In this document: in pieces, positions 11,876 through 25,950 of the stretch
Layout: each line of letters opens with the position of its first letter
Numbering within the stretch: the stretch's first letter is position 1
DNA from: Lama glama
Lineage: Eukaryota
Direction of reading: 5' to 3'
NCBI GenBank assembly: GCA_028534125.1
Contig: CM052816.1
Span: 79,052,001-79,116,000 of the forward strand
Length of the DNA: 64,000 nt
Position numbers and translations under genes: made by a program
The notes under the pieces: generated by a model
The model's database searches: none
Told to the model about the DNA's origin: nothing
What the model saw: only the letters and a program-made list of their open reading frames with translations

Positions 11876-12963
11876 CTGATTTATTCCTTAATTCTTGAAA
11901 CTAATTCATAAGGTCCAAACCAGTAATTTGAAGAGTACCTAAATTCCTGGTTCAAATTCACCACCCTTCTTTTGCAGGAACCAGAAACTTGGTTACCTTC
12001 ACGTTGACAGTGAGCTTACACGAGGTCAGCAGCCTCACTGAGGGCACACTGGCTGGGATGAGAAAGGAGGGCACCAGACCAAATCCGAGAAACTGACTTC
12101 TTGTGCTTTTCAAGAAAACTGCTATACACCTAGGTTTGGCATGGGAAGAATTTCCCAGCCCTTTGAAATACAGGAAAACTTTCTGAAACTAAAGAGATGC
12201 TATTACTCCCAGGATGACTGGGTATAGCACTTCTTAAAAGGAAGATGGACCAGGTCCCTTTTTTTCTTTGCACTGCCTTGATTTTGTGGAAGTTGCTAAG
12301 GTACAAAATCAACCCCTCTAAAGCTACCAGATAATTTTGCACGTGTCCCAGGAGACCTAGAATGCAGACCCAGCTCAGCCATTAACTCACTGTTTAGCTT
12401 TGGGTAAGTTACTCCACTCTTTTGGACCTCAATCTCCCACCTTTTCAAAGAGCACATCACTCTTACAATATTTACTACTTAAATATTTCTCTTTCTCTCA
12501 TTCCTTGACCATCCAGGACAGACACCACTAGAAGATGACAGTACTTTTCCTCTAAGCTCAGATGAAGATTTCTGGAATCAAATGGAACTGATTTGAAAAA
12601 TTTCGGAAATACACAAACACGCCCAGGGTCTGCCTCCCCCTTTGTACCCTGAGCTTCCTGGGAGTAAGGGCTATCTTCTTTAAGAAATCCTCCGAAAGTG
12701 CTATATAGTATTCTAACAGTTAAACCTGCTCACAGCTAAATAAATGGTTAGTCAACTACTTCAGTCAACTCAACTTTATCAGACATTCTAAGCAAAAAAA
12801 ATTTGCCTTGGGTTTTCCTATGTTGCAGGTCTTTCCTAAGCAGTTTGTGGTACACTGCTTTGATGTTTTTCAATATGTGCTGTTAACAATAATGGATTTT
12901 AACACCACATGGCATCTCTTTTGGTCCCTGCCTTCTGTTAGCTTTGAAAAAGAAAAATACTTA

Positions 12964-13116
<153 letters not shown>

Positions 13117-13213
13117 CTAGACAGAGAAGACAGGGAACAGCCTACCATGTAGTTCCTTCAATTCACCAATTCACCGAATTAAGATCCTTTTCTCATTCAA
13201 TTAGCAATCATGA

Positions 13214-13313
13214 TTTTTCTTTCTTTTTTCTTTTCTCTTTTCTTCTCTTTTCTTTGCTTTCTTTCCCTTCTTCCCTTCCCTTCCCTTTCCTGTCCTTTCT
13301 TTCCTTTCTTTCT
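13214..13313. repeat. About 100-nt polypyrimidine/polypurine low-complexity tract in SKP2 intron 8
   Basis: Almost exclusively C/T on + (two G), so a GA-rich tract on the SKP2 sense strand. Confidence 0.9.
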
Positions 13314-13332
13314 TAAATAAACAAAAACATAC

Positions 13333-13384
13333 CTTAAGTCTAGGTGGACAAGATTGGGGCATCTTCCAACTAGGGTAGAGACAT
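13333..13384 (-). CDS. SKP2: SKP2 exon 8 (LRR)
   Basis: ttttttctag|AT ... AG|gtatgt; DVSTLVGRCPNLVHLDL; 52 nt. Confidence 0.96.
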
Positions 13385-13429
13385 CTAGAAAAAAAAAATG
13401 GTCCTTATTAAATGACGAACAAGACAAGG

Positions 13430-14870
13430 ATTCGTGCTATCAATACTTCATTTAACATTGTGATGGACGTTCAGAACAATGCAATTAGAGTCACACGCTA
13501 TTAGAAAGAAACAAAAAATTATCACCTTGGCATATAAAACTTTCTACCAGGAAAATACAAGAGAATCATCTGAAAAACTACAGGAAACAGTAAGAGAACT
13601 AACTGTGTGAAGTGCTGGTTAACAAAATCCATAGCTTATCCACGTAGCAGCAAGAGCTGGCTGGAAATACAGGGGGAAAAAAATCCCGTTCACAACAGCA
13701 AAAAGCAAAACCAAACACTACAATATATAAGGAAACAACCTGTTATGAAGGTAGCCCTCAAAATCGGTGGGGGAAATCATGGATTATTAAAAAATAATAT
13801 GGCTATCTCAACTGGAAAAAATCTACTTCTCCAATTCAAGTAATATATCCAAATAAATTCCACATGTATTAAACATTTCTAAATGCAAAAATATGGGTGA
13901 CTGATTATTCACTGGATCTTGGGATAGGTAAGGAGTTTCTAAACAAAAAAGAACACACAAAGGGGATATTGATAATTGATGATTGATAACTGACTACACA
14001 AAATTTAAAAATTCTACCATGTTAAAGCAAAGCAACACAAACAGAAAGAGGTATCAGAAAACTGAGAATAAAAGCTTCCAACATACTTTTAATAGTTAAT
14101 GGTTTTATTATATAAAAAGTATTAAAAAAGATAGAAAAAAACCAGTAACACAGGCAAAGAAAATGAAAAGATACTTTGTAAAATAAACATCATAAAAATG
14201 GAGCAAGAAACGCAAAATACAATTAAAACATTACTTTTCCACCATCAAATGAAAAACAAATCCTATTACAATGCCCAGAATTGGTGAAATACAATAGAGC
14301 AGGTCCCCCCTCTCCGTATACTAAAAGTAGATATTTAATTTTAGCCTTTCAGAAGAACTAACTGATTTTTTTTTAAGGGTGAACTGATACATATATTTTT
14401 TTAAGTGTTCAGGGCATTGTACACTTTGCTCTTTGGCTCAGTAATTCCACTTTCAGAAAAATAATTAGAGATGTTCATGAAGACGTTCATTATAGTGACA
14501 GTTATAATGGTCCCCCAATTAGTTTAATAGGCTGAACTCCATCCCTTCTAATACCTAACAGTAGCTCTTAAAAAGCTTTTTAATAACATTTCGTGACATA
14601 AAAAAATACTCAGGATATACTGTATAGTGAAAACAGAGCCAAATGTATACAATGCACTATAATCTCAATTTAGTTAAAACCCACAAACTCATATTTATAC
14701 ACAAACTCACACACAGAAAGAAAGGGGGTTGGGGCTGGAAGAAAATACACTCAAACAATAACTGCAGTTACCAAGGGTGATGAGACAGAGAGAACTTTCC
14801 AGAATTTGGGAGAAAGTCACATGCATTAACTGTGTAATCAGAAAATGGATCAATAAGCGTTATTTATTTA
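13430..14870 (+). mobile_element. Degraded ancient L1 (L1M/L1ME) fragments
   Basis: A-rich strand bias and L1 ORF2/3'UTR-like motifs (aatgcaattag, ataaattcc, cagtaattccactt, atacaatgcactataatctcaattt). Confidence 0.5.
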
Positions 14871-14919
14871 AAAATAGACGAATTTTCATTAATGTTCCGA
14901 GTTGTTATTCCCTTCCCAC

Positions 14920-15940
14920 AGCTATGTCTTCAGCCCCACCCCGGAATCCTAGACCTGCATTTTCAACTTGCCTCCTCAGCTTACCCGCTGGGCTATGCGA
15001 CAGACCTCCCAAATTTACTCCTAAAACTAAACACTTGATTCCTCCCCTAAATCTGCTCCTTCCCTAAAGTCTTCGCCAGCTCAGTGGGAACTTCCCTGGT
15101 TCAGCGCGGAGGCCAAAAGCCTGGGAGTCGCCCTCGACTGTTTTCTCACGTCCCACATCCAACCTGTTACCAAATTCTGTTAGGCTGGCTTTCAAAATGC
15201 ACCCCAAATCGCATTATTTCTTACTTCCTCAAATGTTACCACCCTTGTCTCCAGCAGCCTTTTCTCAACACAGCGCCAGAAGGAGACTTTTAAAAGGTGA
15301 GTTGGATCATATCATCCCCGCTCAAAATACCCCAGGGGCCTCCCATCTTAGGAAGAAATTGAAACAGAGCTCTTGCCTTGGCTCAGAGAGCCCCTGGCTA
15401 CCTCACCTCCCACCACTGTCCTCCTTGCCCCCCTCCCACACTGGCTCCCCAGTGTGGGGAGGCTCCAAGAGGAAGAAACCTCAAACATTAATAAAGTTTG
15501 TCTATTTAAAAAAACAAATAACATTTATTAATTCGCTTTCTGATTACAAAAGTAGCACATGAGACTTTCCTCCCAATGCACTTGCTGGTCCTTAGTTCTA
15601 GAATGTTCTTTCCTTACTTATCTACATGGCTCACTCCTTCAGGTCTGTGCGCAAGTTATCACTTCCTCAGGGAGGCCTTCTCTGTGACCATCCATCTCAA
15701 AATAGACCCCTCTCTGTGACCCTCTACCTGATCACTCTGCTTTAAATTTTTCCTCCTTGCATTTTTACCTTCTTTTCATAACATTTTGTTACTTGTTGAT
15801 CATCTAGCTCCCCAACCCAAATGGAAGCATCACGAGGATGACTTTATCTGCTTTGTTCAACGCCACACGTCCCAAGTCTGGAACAGGGCCTTGTGCATTA
15901 CAGGTGCTCAATAAACATTTGTTTCATGAGTGACTGAAAA
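14920..15940 (+). mobile_element. L2 element (3' portion)
   Basis: Pyrimidine-rich L2 body ending gtgctcaataaacatttgtttcatgagtga. Confidence 0.7.
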
Positions 15941-16334
15941 ATGAAGGTGTGCACAACACAATCTGGAGTGATCCATCATCTCGCCAGCTAACGAACGGTC
16001 CACAAAACCCATCATCAGATACAGTCTTATTTTTGCCGCCACCTGGGAGAGAACGAAACCTTGGGGGTGACACTGGTTAGTCTCTGTCTGTGGCCCTCCC
16101 TCGGTGGGAAGGGTTAGTATACAGCAGCCACTGCCAAGATTCCTCTTCACTGTCCCCTTCCCTTCACTTGAGTTAGAAGGGATCTTAGAAACCTGTCACT
16201 TTACAGGGGAGACAGTTTTAGCTAGAGAAGTCAAAGTCGAACCCAAGACCTAAAGCCAAGTCCTCCAAGACCTCATTCAGTGCTCATCTGCTGTCCCACA
16301 GGGAGGCAGCGATGGCTGGACAAGGGAAATAGTT

Positions 16335-16560
16335 AAGAGCCAACAATGACTGATCTCTCACTATGTGCCAAAAATAACTCAACGTCCTTTTCATGGATTG
16401 ACTCATGTATTCCTTACTCACTCAAACTCTAACAGGTGGGTTCTACTATTATCTCCATTTTATTGATGACGAAATGGAGGAACAGAAAGGTTAGGCAACT
16501 TTCTCAAGGCTACCCAGTTAATGGCAGGGTGGGTACTTGAACCCAGGCAGCCTGGCACCA
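16335..16560 (-). mobile_element. MIR SINE
   Basis: tattatctccattttattgatgacgaaatggaggaacagaaaggttaggcaacttt...tgaacccaggcagcctgg matches the MIR core. Confidence 0.75.
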
Positions 16561-17969
16561 GTCTAGGAGCTAAAACAAAATCTGTATTATCATCTATATG
16601 GTGAAATAGTGTGCACCATAGTAAAAAGACATCCATTCAAAAATCTTTGATTCTCATTGGATAATTAAGAAAACTCACACTTCAACTTACACTCTGCGTC
16701 TCTGTCTTGCCCTGAATGTGTCTAGCAAGCAGGATTTTACTACCTCTCATTCCTGCCAAAACTCAGTAAAAAGGCGATCTGTTCTTTTTTGGAGGAACAA
16801 AGAAAAGTGTTTTGAGCCAAACTTGGACACCATTTACAGCAGTTTGCCTACAGCAGAGTTTCTCGACCTTGCACCCAGGACCTCAGTTCAGTACAGAAAA
16901 ACTCTCCAGAGAGAAGTGGGAAATTCTGAAATGGGACAGAAATGTACATAGGGCACTGTCTTCTCTTTTCATAGTGATGAAGAGGGAAGAAGCAGTGGTG
17001 GGATTCAAAGTGAGGAGGATCCTCACGGGTAGCAGTTTAAAATCCTCAGAAGGCAACTTGGCAAGAACTAGCCAGCGTTTGAGAATGAGCCTAATCCTTG
17101 ACCTGGCAATTCATCCTTAGAAATGCACTCAAAGATTCGTCTCTGTCCGTGACATGGTTGTTTATAAAAGGGAAAAACTGCAAAGATTCTAAATATCCAT
17201 TACAAGGAGATCAACTGAGTAAGTTATTCATGAATCAGTACAAATGATTCCAAATATATTTGATGGAATATCACACAGCCACTGAGAATGACTTGCGCGT
17301 AGCTACTGAAATGGGGTTTTCTGAAACATAAACATATCACAAAGCATTCCATACACTATGCCCCATTCTAAAAAGCAAAAAAACCCCCACAGTTTTCAAC
17401 AGGAAAAGGATTGTCAAAATGTTAGTGAGGTTGTTGATTTGTTTTTGTGTTTTTACATGTTTTAGGTATATTTGAGAATGACTATAACCAGATTTGAAAT
17501 TGTGTTCAAAGGGAAAAAATGGAGAACAGGAATACTGCGTGTGGAGGGGAGTGGTTAAGAAAGACACCACTGCTGCTTTCACAGATCTCTAACGAAAACG
17601 TTCCCCTTGCCTGAGAACACGGGCATCTGGACTCAAGCACAGGCAAAGGACTCGAACCCCTGGTCACTTAGGAGAACCTCACGGCTATTTACTACAGCCT
17701 TGTACATCTGACTTACTTACCAGAGGACGCATCATGTCCTGGAGAAGTAGTTTTCAAACACTCCTTAGATTTTAAGAAGATACATTCTGCACATGTTTGG
17801 TTCAAATCTTTTTACATATAATAAAAACTATAATAAACAAAAGCATGGATATTTGGATGAGTTGACACACCATCCGGACACGAAGGTAGGCTGAGGTGTG
17901 TGGCTGGTGTAAAATAACTAGGCTGTGTGAGGCCACAGCCCGAGATTGTGAGGGAAAGTCACTAAAATG

Positions 17970-18340
17970 CAAAGTGACATAAGGCAGACGGAGAAAGAGA
18001 CGTACTGTATATCACTTATACGGGGAATCTAAAAAGTACAGAAAACTACGGAATATAACAAAAAAGAAGCAGACTCACAAATACAGAGAACAAACTAGTG
18101 TTACCAGTGGGGAGAGGGAAATGGGGAGGAACCGTCCAGGGATGGGGGATTAAGAGGTACGAACTCCTAGGTATAAAATAAGCTATAAGGATATGTCATA
18201 TGTACAACATGGGGAATAGAGCCAACATTTTATAACTATAAATGCAGAATAACCTTGAAAGACTGTGACTCACTGCTCACTATGTACACCTGTAACTTAT
18301 GTAATAGTGCACAGCAACCATACTTCAATTAAAAAAAAAA
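17970..18340 (+). mobile_element. L1 (L1MA-type) 3' end
   Basis: atatcacttata..ggaatctaaa, cagactcacaaatacagagaacaaactagtg.ttaccagtggggagaggg, ending catacttcaattaaaaaaaaaa. Confidence 0.8.
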
Positions 18341-18559
18341 ACTTGCCCTTTGCAAACACTTATCTTGGCAAATCAAGATTCTGTCAACATCAGACAAAGA
18401 AAACAAAGCATAACTGGATGTTCAGGCTTACAAAGGCTACGCTTGTCACGCCCGACACCTGACTTCAAATGCCTGTGTTCATCTATGTAACCTCTTTGCC
18501 CTCTTAGACTGAATTGCAAGTAAGAGCTATAAATATGAACTTGGAAAGAGGACTCATAA

Positions 18560-18770
18560 ACAGGGTTTTCAACCTTAGCACTACTGTCATTTCAGACCAG
18601 ATTCATTTTTGTGTGATATTCTTCCATCCTGAAGGTTGTTTGCCAGCATTCCTGGCTTCCGCTCACTCGATGAAAGTTAACACCCCCTGCAGTCATGACA
18701 ACCAAAAATGTCTCCAGACCTCGTCAAATGTCCCCTGCAGGTAAAACTGTCCCCAGTTGAGAACCACTGC
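18560..18770 (+). mobile_element. MER20-like DNA transposon
   Basis: cagggttttcaaccttagcact...gacaaccaaaaatgtctccagac...cccagttgagaaccactg, with terminal inverted repeats. Confidence 0.75.
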
Positions 18771-18969
18771 TTAACTCTAATCAAACACTGCATTGATCGA
18801 TTTTTATGTTGGGGTTTTGCCTAGTAATTTAGTTAATTAAAAGAAGTCCTTCTGCTTAAAAATTGTTTCGAAGTATAAATGTTTCCACTTCTAGATTCTG
18901 GATGCAAACCTTGACGCTATTCCACTAGCCGTTTGCCTTTACCTAACCCTTCTAACCAGCCGCACCTCA

Positions 18970-19314
<345 letters not shown>

Positions 19315-20431
19315 TCAGGCTGCAAGCAAAGAAAACACAAAGCCCTCGAATGTCCCTACCATTTTCTGCACAGAACCTCTGCTTCTCTCAGCAGCTCCGA
19401 CGTCTGCTCACCTGAAATTGCCTTCTCCCACCTTGTTCTAGTTTGTTCCAGAAAGCTGCCAGGGCATCTGAGTCAAGGGCTTGGTGAATGCTGCCCCCTT
19501 CTGGAAATGGAGGGGAGCGCTCAATTCTGATGCCTGATGGCTGATGACTCAAACTCACTCCAGAACTAGATGTAGAAATTCTAGCCTGTTTTCTTTCTCA
19601 GCCTCCCAGGTTGTTAGCAAAAACTACACAGTATGAGCAATCATCTGAGATGCTTTAAAACACTGGTGGGTTGTGCCGGGGATTCCTAATAACAAGACGC
19701 TGCATTACAAAAATCCACTTTATCTTCTTTGGCCTCTGCTAACTGAGAAAATGAGGGCTTCAAAGAAAAAGCCCAACCATTAAACTACATACTCCGTCCC
19801 TGGCATTGCTGAGAAAATGTAGGGCTGCCATTTTACCTCACTGATAACGTTCTTATCCAAAGGCAATTTCAATAGACCATTAAGGAGAAACAGGTACAGA
19901 GACCAAGGGGTATTAAAGAGGACACACACACACACAGTAAGGGGTATTCTGTGAACCATGTACCCCCTCATTTATTAATTTCTGTAACTCTGTAGCCTTC
20001 ATTTATATACTGACATTATTACACAATGTAAAAGGTATTTTTAATGGAATCGCCCAAATTCATAAACAATTTAATCAAAACTGTTAAGTTAGGTCTATAG
20101 ATGCCATGGGGGGAAAAAGCCTGACTATGCAGTCAGGTGTAAACAGATTAATTTCAACCACACAGTTGATAAACACACTACTAAATTTTCCTTATTTTAA
20201 TAGTAACAGGGGAAAAAAGAGATCACTACACAAGTATCCTTGGCAAACTTAATTGATTTGGCTCCTGAGTTTGGACAGAAAGTTTGGAAGGCAAAGGATA
20301 TTACATTACCCAAATCAAGAGCTCGGAGAGTTAGGAAGAGCTTAAAAATTTTACCCAGTTCTATTCTGATGTGAGAGAGAATTGTATATTTGAAATAACA
20401 GTTCTATCATCAAATCTCAAATCTCTCCTAC

Positions 20432-20530
20432 CTGGAGCAGCTGCTCAGCAAAGTCTTCAGGGCAGATTCAGAGAATCCAGAACACCCAGAAAGGTTTAGC
20501 CGCACTAAATTTGTGTTCTGAGCAAGGTTA
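20432..20530 (-). CDS. SKP2: SKP2 exon 6 (LRR)
   Basis: tgttttccag|T ... AG|gtagga; [32 protein letters not shown]; 99 nt; absent from the ORF track. Confidence 0.95.
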
Positions 20531-20646
20531 CTGGAAAACAGAGAACAAGAACGTAAGAATATCAGCAAGACACTCTTATTCAATCAATAAGCGTGAAGCT
20601 CAGTGAGGTAGTTAAGCACACAGGCCTCTGAGTCAGAAATGAGTTT

Positions 20647-21526
20647 GTACAATGAGGTATCAGTCAGAATAGCCATCATCAAAAAGTCTACAAATAATAA
20701 ATACTGGAGAGGATGCAGAGAAAAGGGAACCCTCCCCTACACTGTTGTGGGAATGTAAACTGGTGCAGCCATTATGGAGAACAGTATGGAGGTTTCTTAA
20801 AAAATTAAAAATAAGAGTTATTATATGATCCAACAATCCCACTCCTGGGCATATATCCCTGAAAAGACAAAAACTCTAATGTGAAAAGATACATGAACAG
20901 AAAAATGTTCACAGCAGGACTATTTATAATAGCCAAGACATTAAAGTAACCTAAACACCCATGACAGATGAATGGATAAAGAAGATGTGGCAAACATATA
21001 GATATGTACAAATATACACAATGGAATATTATTCAGTCATAAAAAGTAATGAAAGAATGCTATTTGCAGCAATGTGGAAGTACCTAGAGATTACCCTACT
21101 AAGTGAAGTCAGACACACAGAGAGACAAATATATATCACTTATATGTGAAATATAAAATAAACAACACAGATGAACTTATTTACAAAATAGAAACAGACT
21201 CACAGACATAGAAAACAAACTTACGGTTACCAAAGGGGAAAAGGGTAAGGCAGAGGGATAAATTAGGAGTTCGGGATTAACAGATACACACTACTAAATT
21301 ACAAGGTCCTATTGTACAGCACAGGGAACTATATTCAATACCTTGTAATAACCTATAATGGAAAAGAATCTGAAAAAGAATATATATATCTATGTCTATA
21401 GATATATATATATATAGATATCTATGTATAATTGAATCACTTTCCTGTACACCAGAAACACATTATAAATCAATTAATATTTCAATAAAAAAATAAAATA
21501 AAAGTGAAATAACAATGGGGAAAATA
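20647..21526 (+). mobile_element. 5'-truncated L1 (ORF2 end plus 3'UTR) inserted into a MIR
   Basis: gagaaaagggaaccctcc..cactgtt, tatgatccaacaatcccactcctgggcatatatcc and a poly(A) at about 21485-21503; flanked by aaatgagttt / aagtgagttt, with MIR-like sequence on both sides. Confidence 0.88.
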
Positions 21527-21889
21527 AGTGAGTTTAATTTCATGTCTTACTATCTGTATGACACCAAGCAGGATGTTTTACCTTAGTTTGCTCATCTGTG
21601 AAATGGCAGTATCAGTACTTTTTCAGTAGGGTTGTTAAAATTTAATGATACAATATAATAAAGGGCTTCGCATTGTGACTGGCACAGAGTAAGTACACAG
21701 GAAACACTGATCAATGTACTTTTTAAATTGGAAAAAAAAAAAACTTAAAACAACCCAGTAATGAAATAAACATATTTCCATTTCACCCATAATTGGACTT
21801 AGCTTGCAGGTAAACTTCCACTTATAAATTCACCAGGTTCTTTCAATTATATTTGCCCTCTCCTCTTCATTCCCAAATGCCTCATGTTA

Positions 21890-22140
21890 GTGAAACTTAG
21901 TGATTAAGAGCAAGAGTTCTGGAATCATACTATATTGCCAGGGCCAAATCTTGGTTCTGCCACCTACTAACTGAACTTGGACAAATTATTCAGCCTCTCT
22001 GTTCCTCAGTTTCCACATCTGTAAAAAGGGAACAACAAGAATATATTTCATTGAGTTGCTATGAGAATTACATCAAAATACCTTTAAAGACCCTAGTACC
22101 TGGCACATAGTAAGTGCTCAATAAATGCTAGCTGCTATTA
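21890..22140 (+). mobile_element. MIR SINE
   Basis: ttggacaaattattcagcctctctgttcctcagtttccacatctgtaaaaaggg...cctggcacatagtaagtgctcaataaatgctagct. Confidence 0.8.
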
Positions 22141-22555
22141 CTATCCTGAATGAGAATGCGAATATCTTCCATACTCCACTTAAGAGTCACTTCCTCTGAG
22201 AAGTCTGCCCTCCCAAAATTTAATTAGGCCTCTCTGTGTGTTGCCACATATACGCCATCACATTTTACAAACACACTGCACTGAAATTATCTGTCTCTCC
22301 CACAAAGGAGGCAGGGACCATGCCATGATTCATCCCTGTGCTTCCAGAACCTAGCACGAGGCCTGGCAATACAGTGAGCACGCAAACTCTGGTTGCCTAC
22401 GAGAATCCTGGAAAGTTCGGCAGAAGCTGGAACACTGCACTGGATATTTTCTGAGTGCATTTGGACATGGACAGGGCGCCCCAGTGATATTCAGGCAACA
22501 AAATGAACCAACACAAAAACATCTGCCTTTGTGACACACTTTTGGCTGCCACTCA

Positions 22556-22858
<303 letters not shown>

Positions 22859-23970
22859 TTAAAATTCAAGAGGATTTCTGCCAAGTCCAGATGTTATGTC
22901 AGGATAGTCCAACTTAGGAAAGTAGTGAGTGGGTGTCAGAAGAACGAGCTGGATGTGGGTGACAAGGAGCTTATGGCCATGATAGGGACCGGAGAGGGTG
23001 AGTCTTCCCAACCAGGGAAGATGGGAAGGGCAACTTGTAATGAGAGGCTAATCTCGAGGTCCTTGGAGGAAATTCAGGTTGGACACCTTTAAGTGATGAG
23101 AAATACGAGTTTGTTTGAAAGATGCTGCTGGGCTACAGATGATAATCTGAGAGTCTTGGCCTAAACGTGGGTGCACAAGAAGCAGCTTGTCCACGACTGT
23201 GTGTGGATCAGAGAGAGAAGGCGGCAGGGACAGACCCGAGGGTAACACAGGGAAGCACACACGTGGAGGAGACCCAGGAGCAGCAGCGGGAGAGATAAGC
23301 ACCAGTGAGAAGACCGCCGCCACGTGACCGCGGACAGAAGGGGAAAAGGACCGAGTTGCTGTCCGCTCTGCTGTCTTTGGCTGATTTTTCTGTTCAGTAT
23401 CCAGTGATGCTGCTCATGTGTGAGATGGCACTAAACCATATTGCAAAACCATCAGTAACAGAGAAATACTTGTTCAGTACATTCCAAACAACAAACCAAA
23501 AGAGGGCATTATTTTTCAGGATGCAGATTTGTCCATGATAGGATCAGAAACCCAGAGCGACAAAAGCCTCCTCACATTTTCACATATTTTCTTTCTCAGA
23601 CATGGGCAGCGGGGAAAGAGTGAGGCTGCCGTGTGTCTGCTGGAGGGTGTTCTGCTCGGCTCCCGCCTCTTGGGATGCAGGACGCCCATCTGCTTGAGGA
23701 CCCCAGATGCATCTTAGACTCCAGGAAGAGTCCAAGAGCAACCCCGAGTTAAAATGGAAATGGTGTCACTGGAACCCGTGCCATGTTTCAACACAAAGGC
23801 CACATGATAAAATAATACGCAATTAATATCCCAGACTGTACAGATGACCTGTCACAGGCTGTAAGTCTGGACATAGAGAAAAAGACATTTTGATCTGTTT
23901 TCTACCTGAAGATTTTTCTAGGAATTCTTCTTTCTTTTCTTTCTTTTTTTGGGGGGGAATTCTTTCTTAC

Positions 23971-24114
23971 CTGAAATGTTCAACTAACGGTTGGTCTATA
24001 AACGATCGCGGGCAGCGGAAGGCAACCACCCCTCGAGACAGCAGCCGACCAATCACATCTGGGTGGAGGTTTCTACCCGTGAGGTCCAAGGTCTGCCAGA
24101 GAGACTCATCAAAC
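23971..24114 (-). CDS. SKP2: SKP2 exon 4 (end of F-box, start of LRRs)
   Basis: ctcttccag|G ... AG|gtaaga; [47 protein letters not shown]; 144 nt. Confidence 0.97.
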
Positions 24115-25233
24115 CTGGAAGAGAGGAGGAGCTCCACGTGGTGAGTCTGGCACTGGACACCGCAGGCTCTCAACACTTACTATCAAGAGGACATGGGCAC
24201 TAAATCACCTCGAAGCAAATTCTGAAGGAACCTATGTTTTTAAGTTGACTACACAATTAGCAATGATATTCTTAAGGCACTATTGACTCTATCTTGGTCC
24301 AATTGTGGATAAGCCTTCATCTTCCTCTTTATATGGATTTCTAATGAGCAAAGCAATGATCTGGAACCAGAGAATAAAATTCCAGCATTCAAGCTGATAA
24401 CTTTAAAAAATGCTTGTTCCAATCACCTAAAGGATTATTGCACAGATGGGCAGGTTCAACGTGGTGTGAATGAGTCCACGTGCCACTTTTGTAAAGCATG
24501 AACAGCTTACACACAATTAGCCTAAAAAACTGGTAAATGTACCTAAAAGAAGGAAAGTTAGCACTGCTTTACTATGAGATATGGTTATCAGACTTCTGTT
24601 AGGAAAAAGAAGTCACAGTTCAGCTCTGATTTACCATAACTTTTAAGCTTAAAAAATATATATACATGCACAGAAATACACGTGTGTGTGTGTATATATA
24701 TATATATGAACTAATGTGAAGGAAAAAGGGAAAAATAATACTTGGATTTTGGATAGTGTTTCTAAAATAAAAAAGAAGTATGAAAATGTACTGAACAGCA
24801 CAATAAGGGAGCTTTAATATCCACAGATTAATTCAATTTAACAAAAAAGAAAACATGACACCAAGCCTATGAGGGGACATTTTAAATGTTTACTAGGATT
24901 TTATTTTTCAATACCACTTGAAATAAGCAGACGACTGGCTAAGGCTTTGAAATAATTCTGCATAAATAAACTGTCAACGTGTTATCTGACCTCTATTATT
25001 AACAAGGCAGGACTGCAGTGCCTGGCACATAACAAGTGCTTATAAGAAATGTCAGTTACTACTTGTATGACAACTGAGATGAAGATTCATAGACTCTGCA
25101 TGGAGAGGACAGTGGTTGGGAAAAGAAAATCAAGATGAGGTCACCTGGGCAGGGGTAAGTGAAAGTCCACCTCCACCCACATGCTCCAGCATTCCAGGTG
25201 TGCAAACCTCTCCGGGGCTTTTGTAAGCAAATA

Positions 25234-25392
25234 CAGTCAGCCCTCCCTACCCGTGGCTTCTGCATCCGCAGATACAGAGACAGAGGGCCGACCGTCCCAT
25301 GCCACTCTATATAAGGGACTTGAGCATCCATTAATTTGGGTACCCCCAGGGAGTCCCAGAACCAATGCCCAGTGGATACCAAGGGATGACTG
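25234..25392. mobile_element. TcMar-Tigger (MER2-like) MITE
   Basis: TA followed by cagtcagccctccctacccgtgg ... cagtggataccaagggatgactg, imperfect terminal inverted repeats. Confidence 0.7.
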
Positions 25393-25729
25393 TCGCCCAC
25401 TCCTGTAAGTACCCAGAGTGTCTTATTTCCAGCACACCTGTGAATGGAAGGGAAGGGGCTCCTGCTGGACTCTGTGAGAGTCCTGGATGTGTGGAGGGAG
25501 AAGAGACGTAGTCGGCCTTTCAGCACAAAGCAAAGGATGGCCAGGGGTGGATGAGTATGAGAAAACGTGAAGATGCAAAAGACAGTCAAATTGAAAAACA
25601 AAGCCTTTTCTTCCTGCTTCTGGCCTGTTACTGCCTTCCCAGCTCACCAAGACTTCCCAGGTGCAGCTCACTGTCCATACCCGAAAAGTGTTGCCCCAAA
25701 ACCAACAAAAATACCCACAACTGTTGGCT

Positions 25730-25950
25730 GCCATGTGCTGACCACTTGCACGAGCCACACACTGCTCCAGCAAGCATCCTGATATTTCACCCTCACAACG
25801 GCCCTGTCCTGCAGGTACCATCATCCCCATTTTACATACGGTGGCACTGAGGCTCAGAAGCGTCAAGTGCCTCACTCAGGTCACACGAAGCCTAGGTGGC
25901 AGAGGCTGAGTTCCCGCTCAGGTCTAATGCCAGAGCCCCGAGTCCTCTCT
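25730..25950 (-). mobile_element. MIR SINE
   Basis: catccccattttacatacggtggcactgaggctcagaagcgtcaagtgcctcactcaggtcacac. Confidence 0.7.

Noticed and set aside
25059..25875. 180-aa and 150-aa minus-strand ORFs in SKP2 intron 3
   Set aside because: They run through a Tigger MITE and a MIR, and the SKP2 CDS is complete without them.
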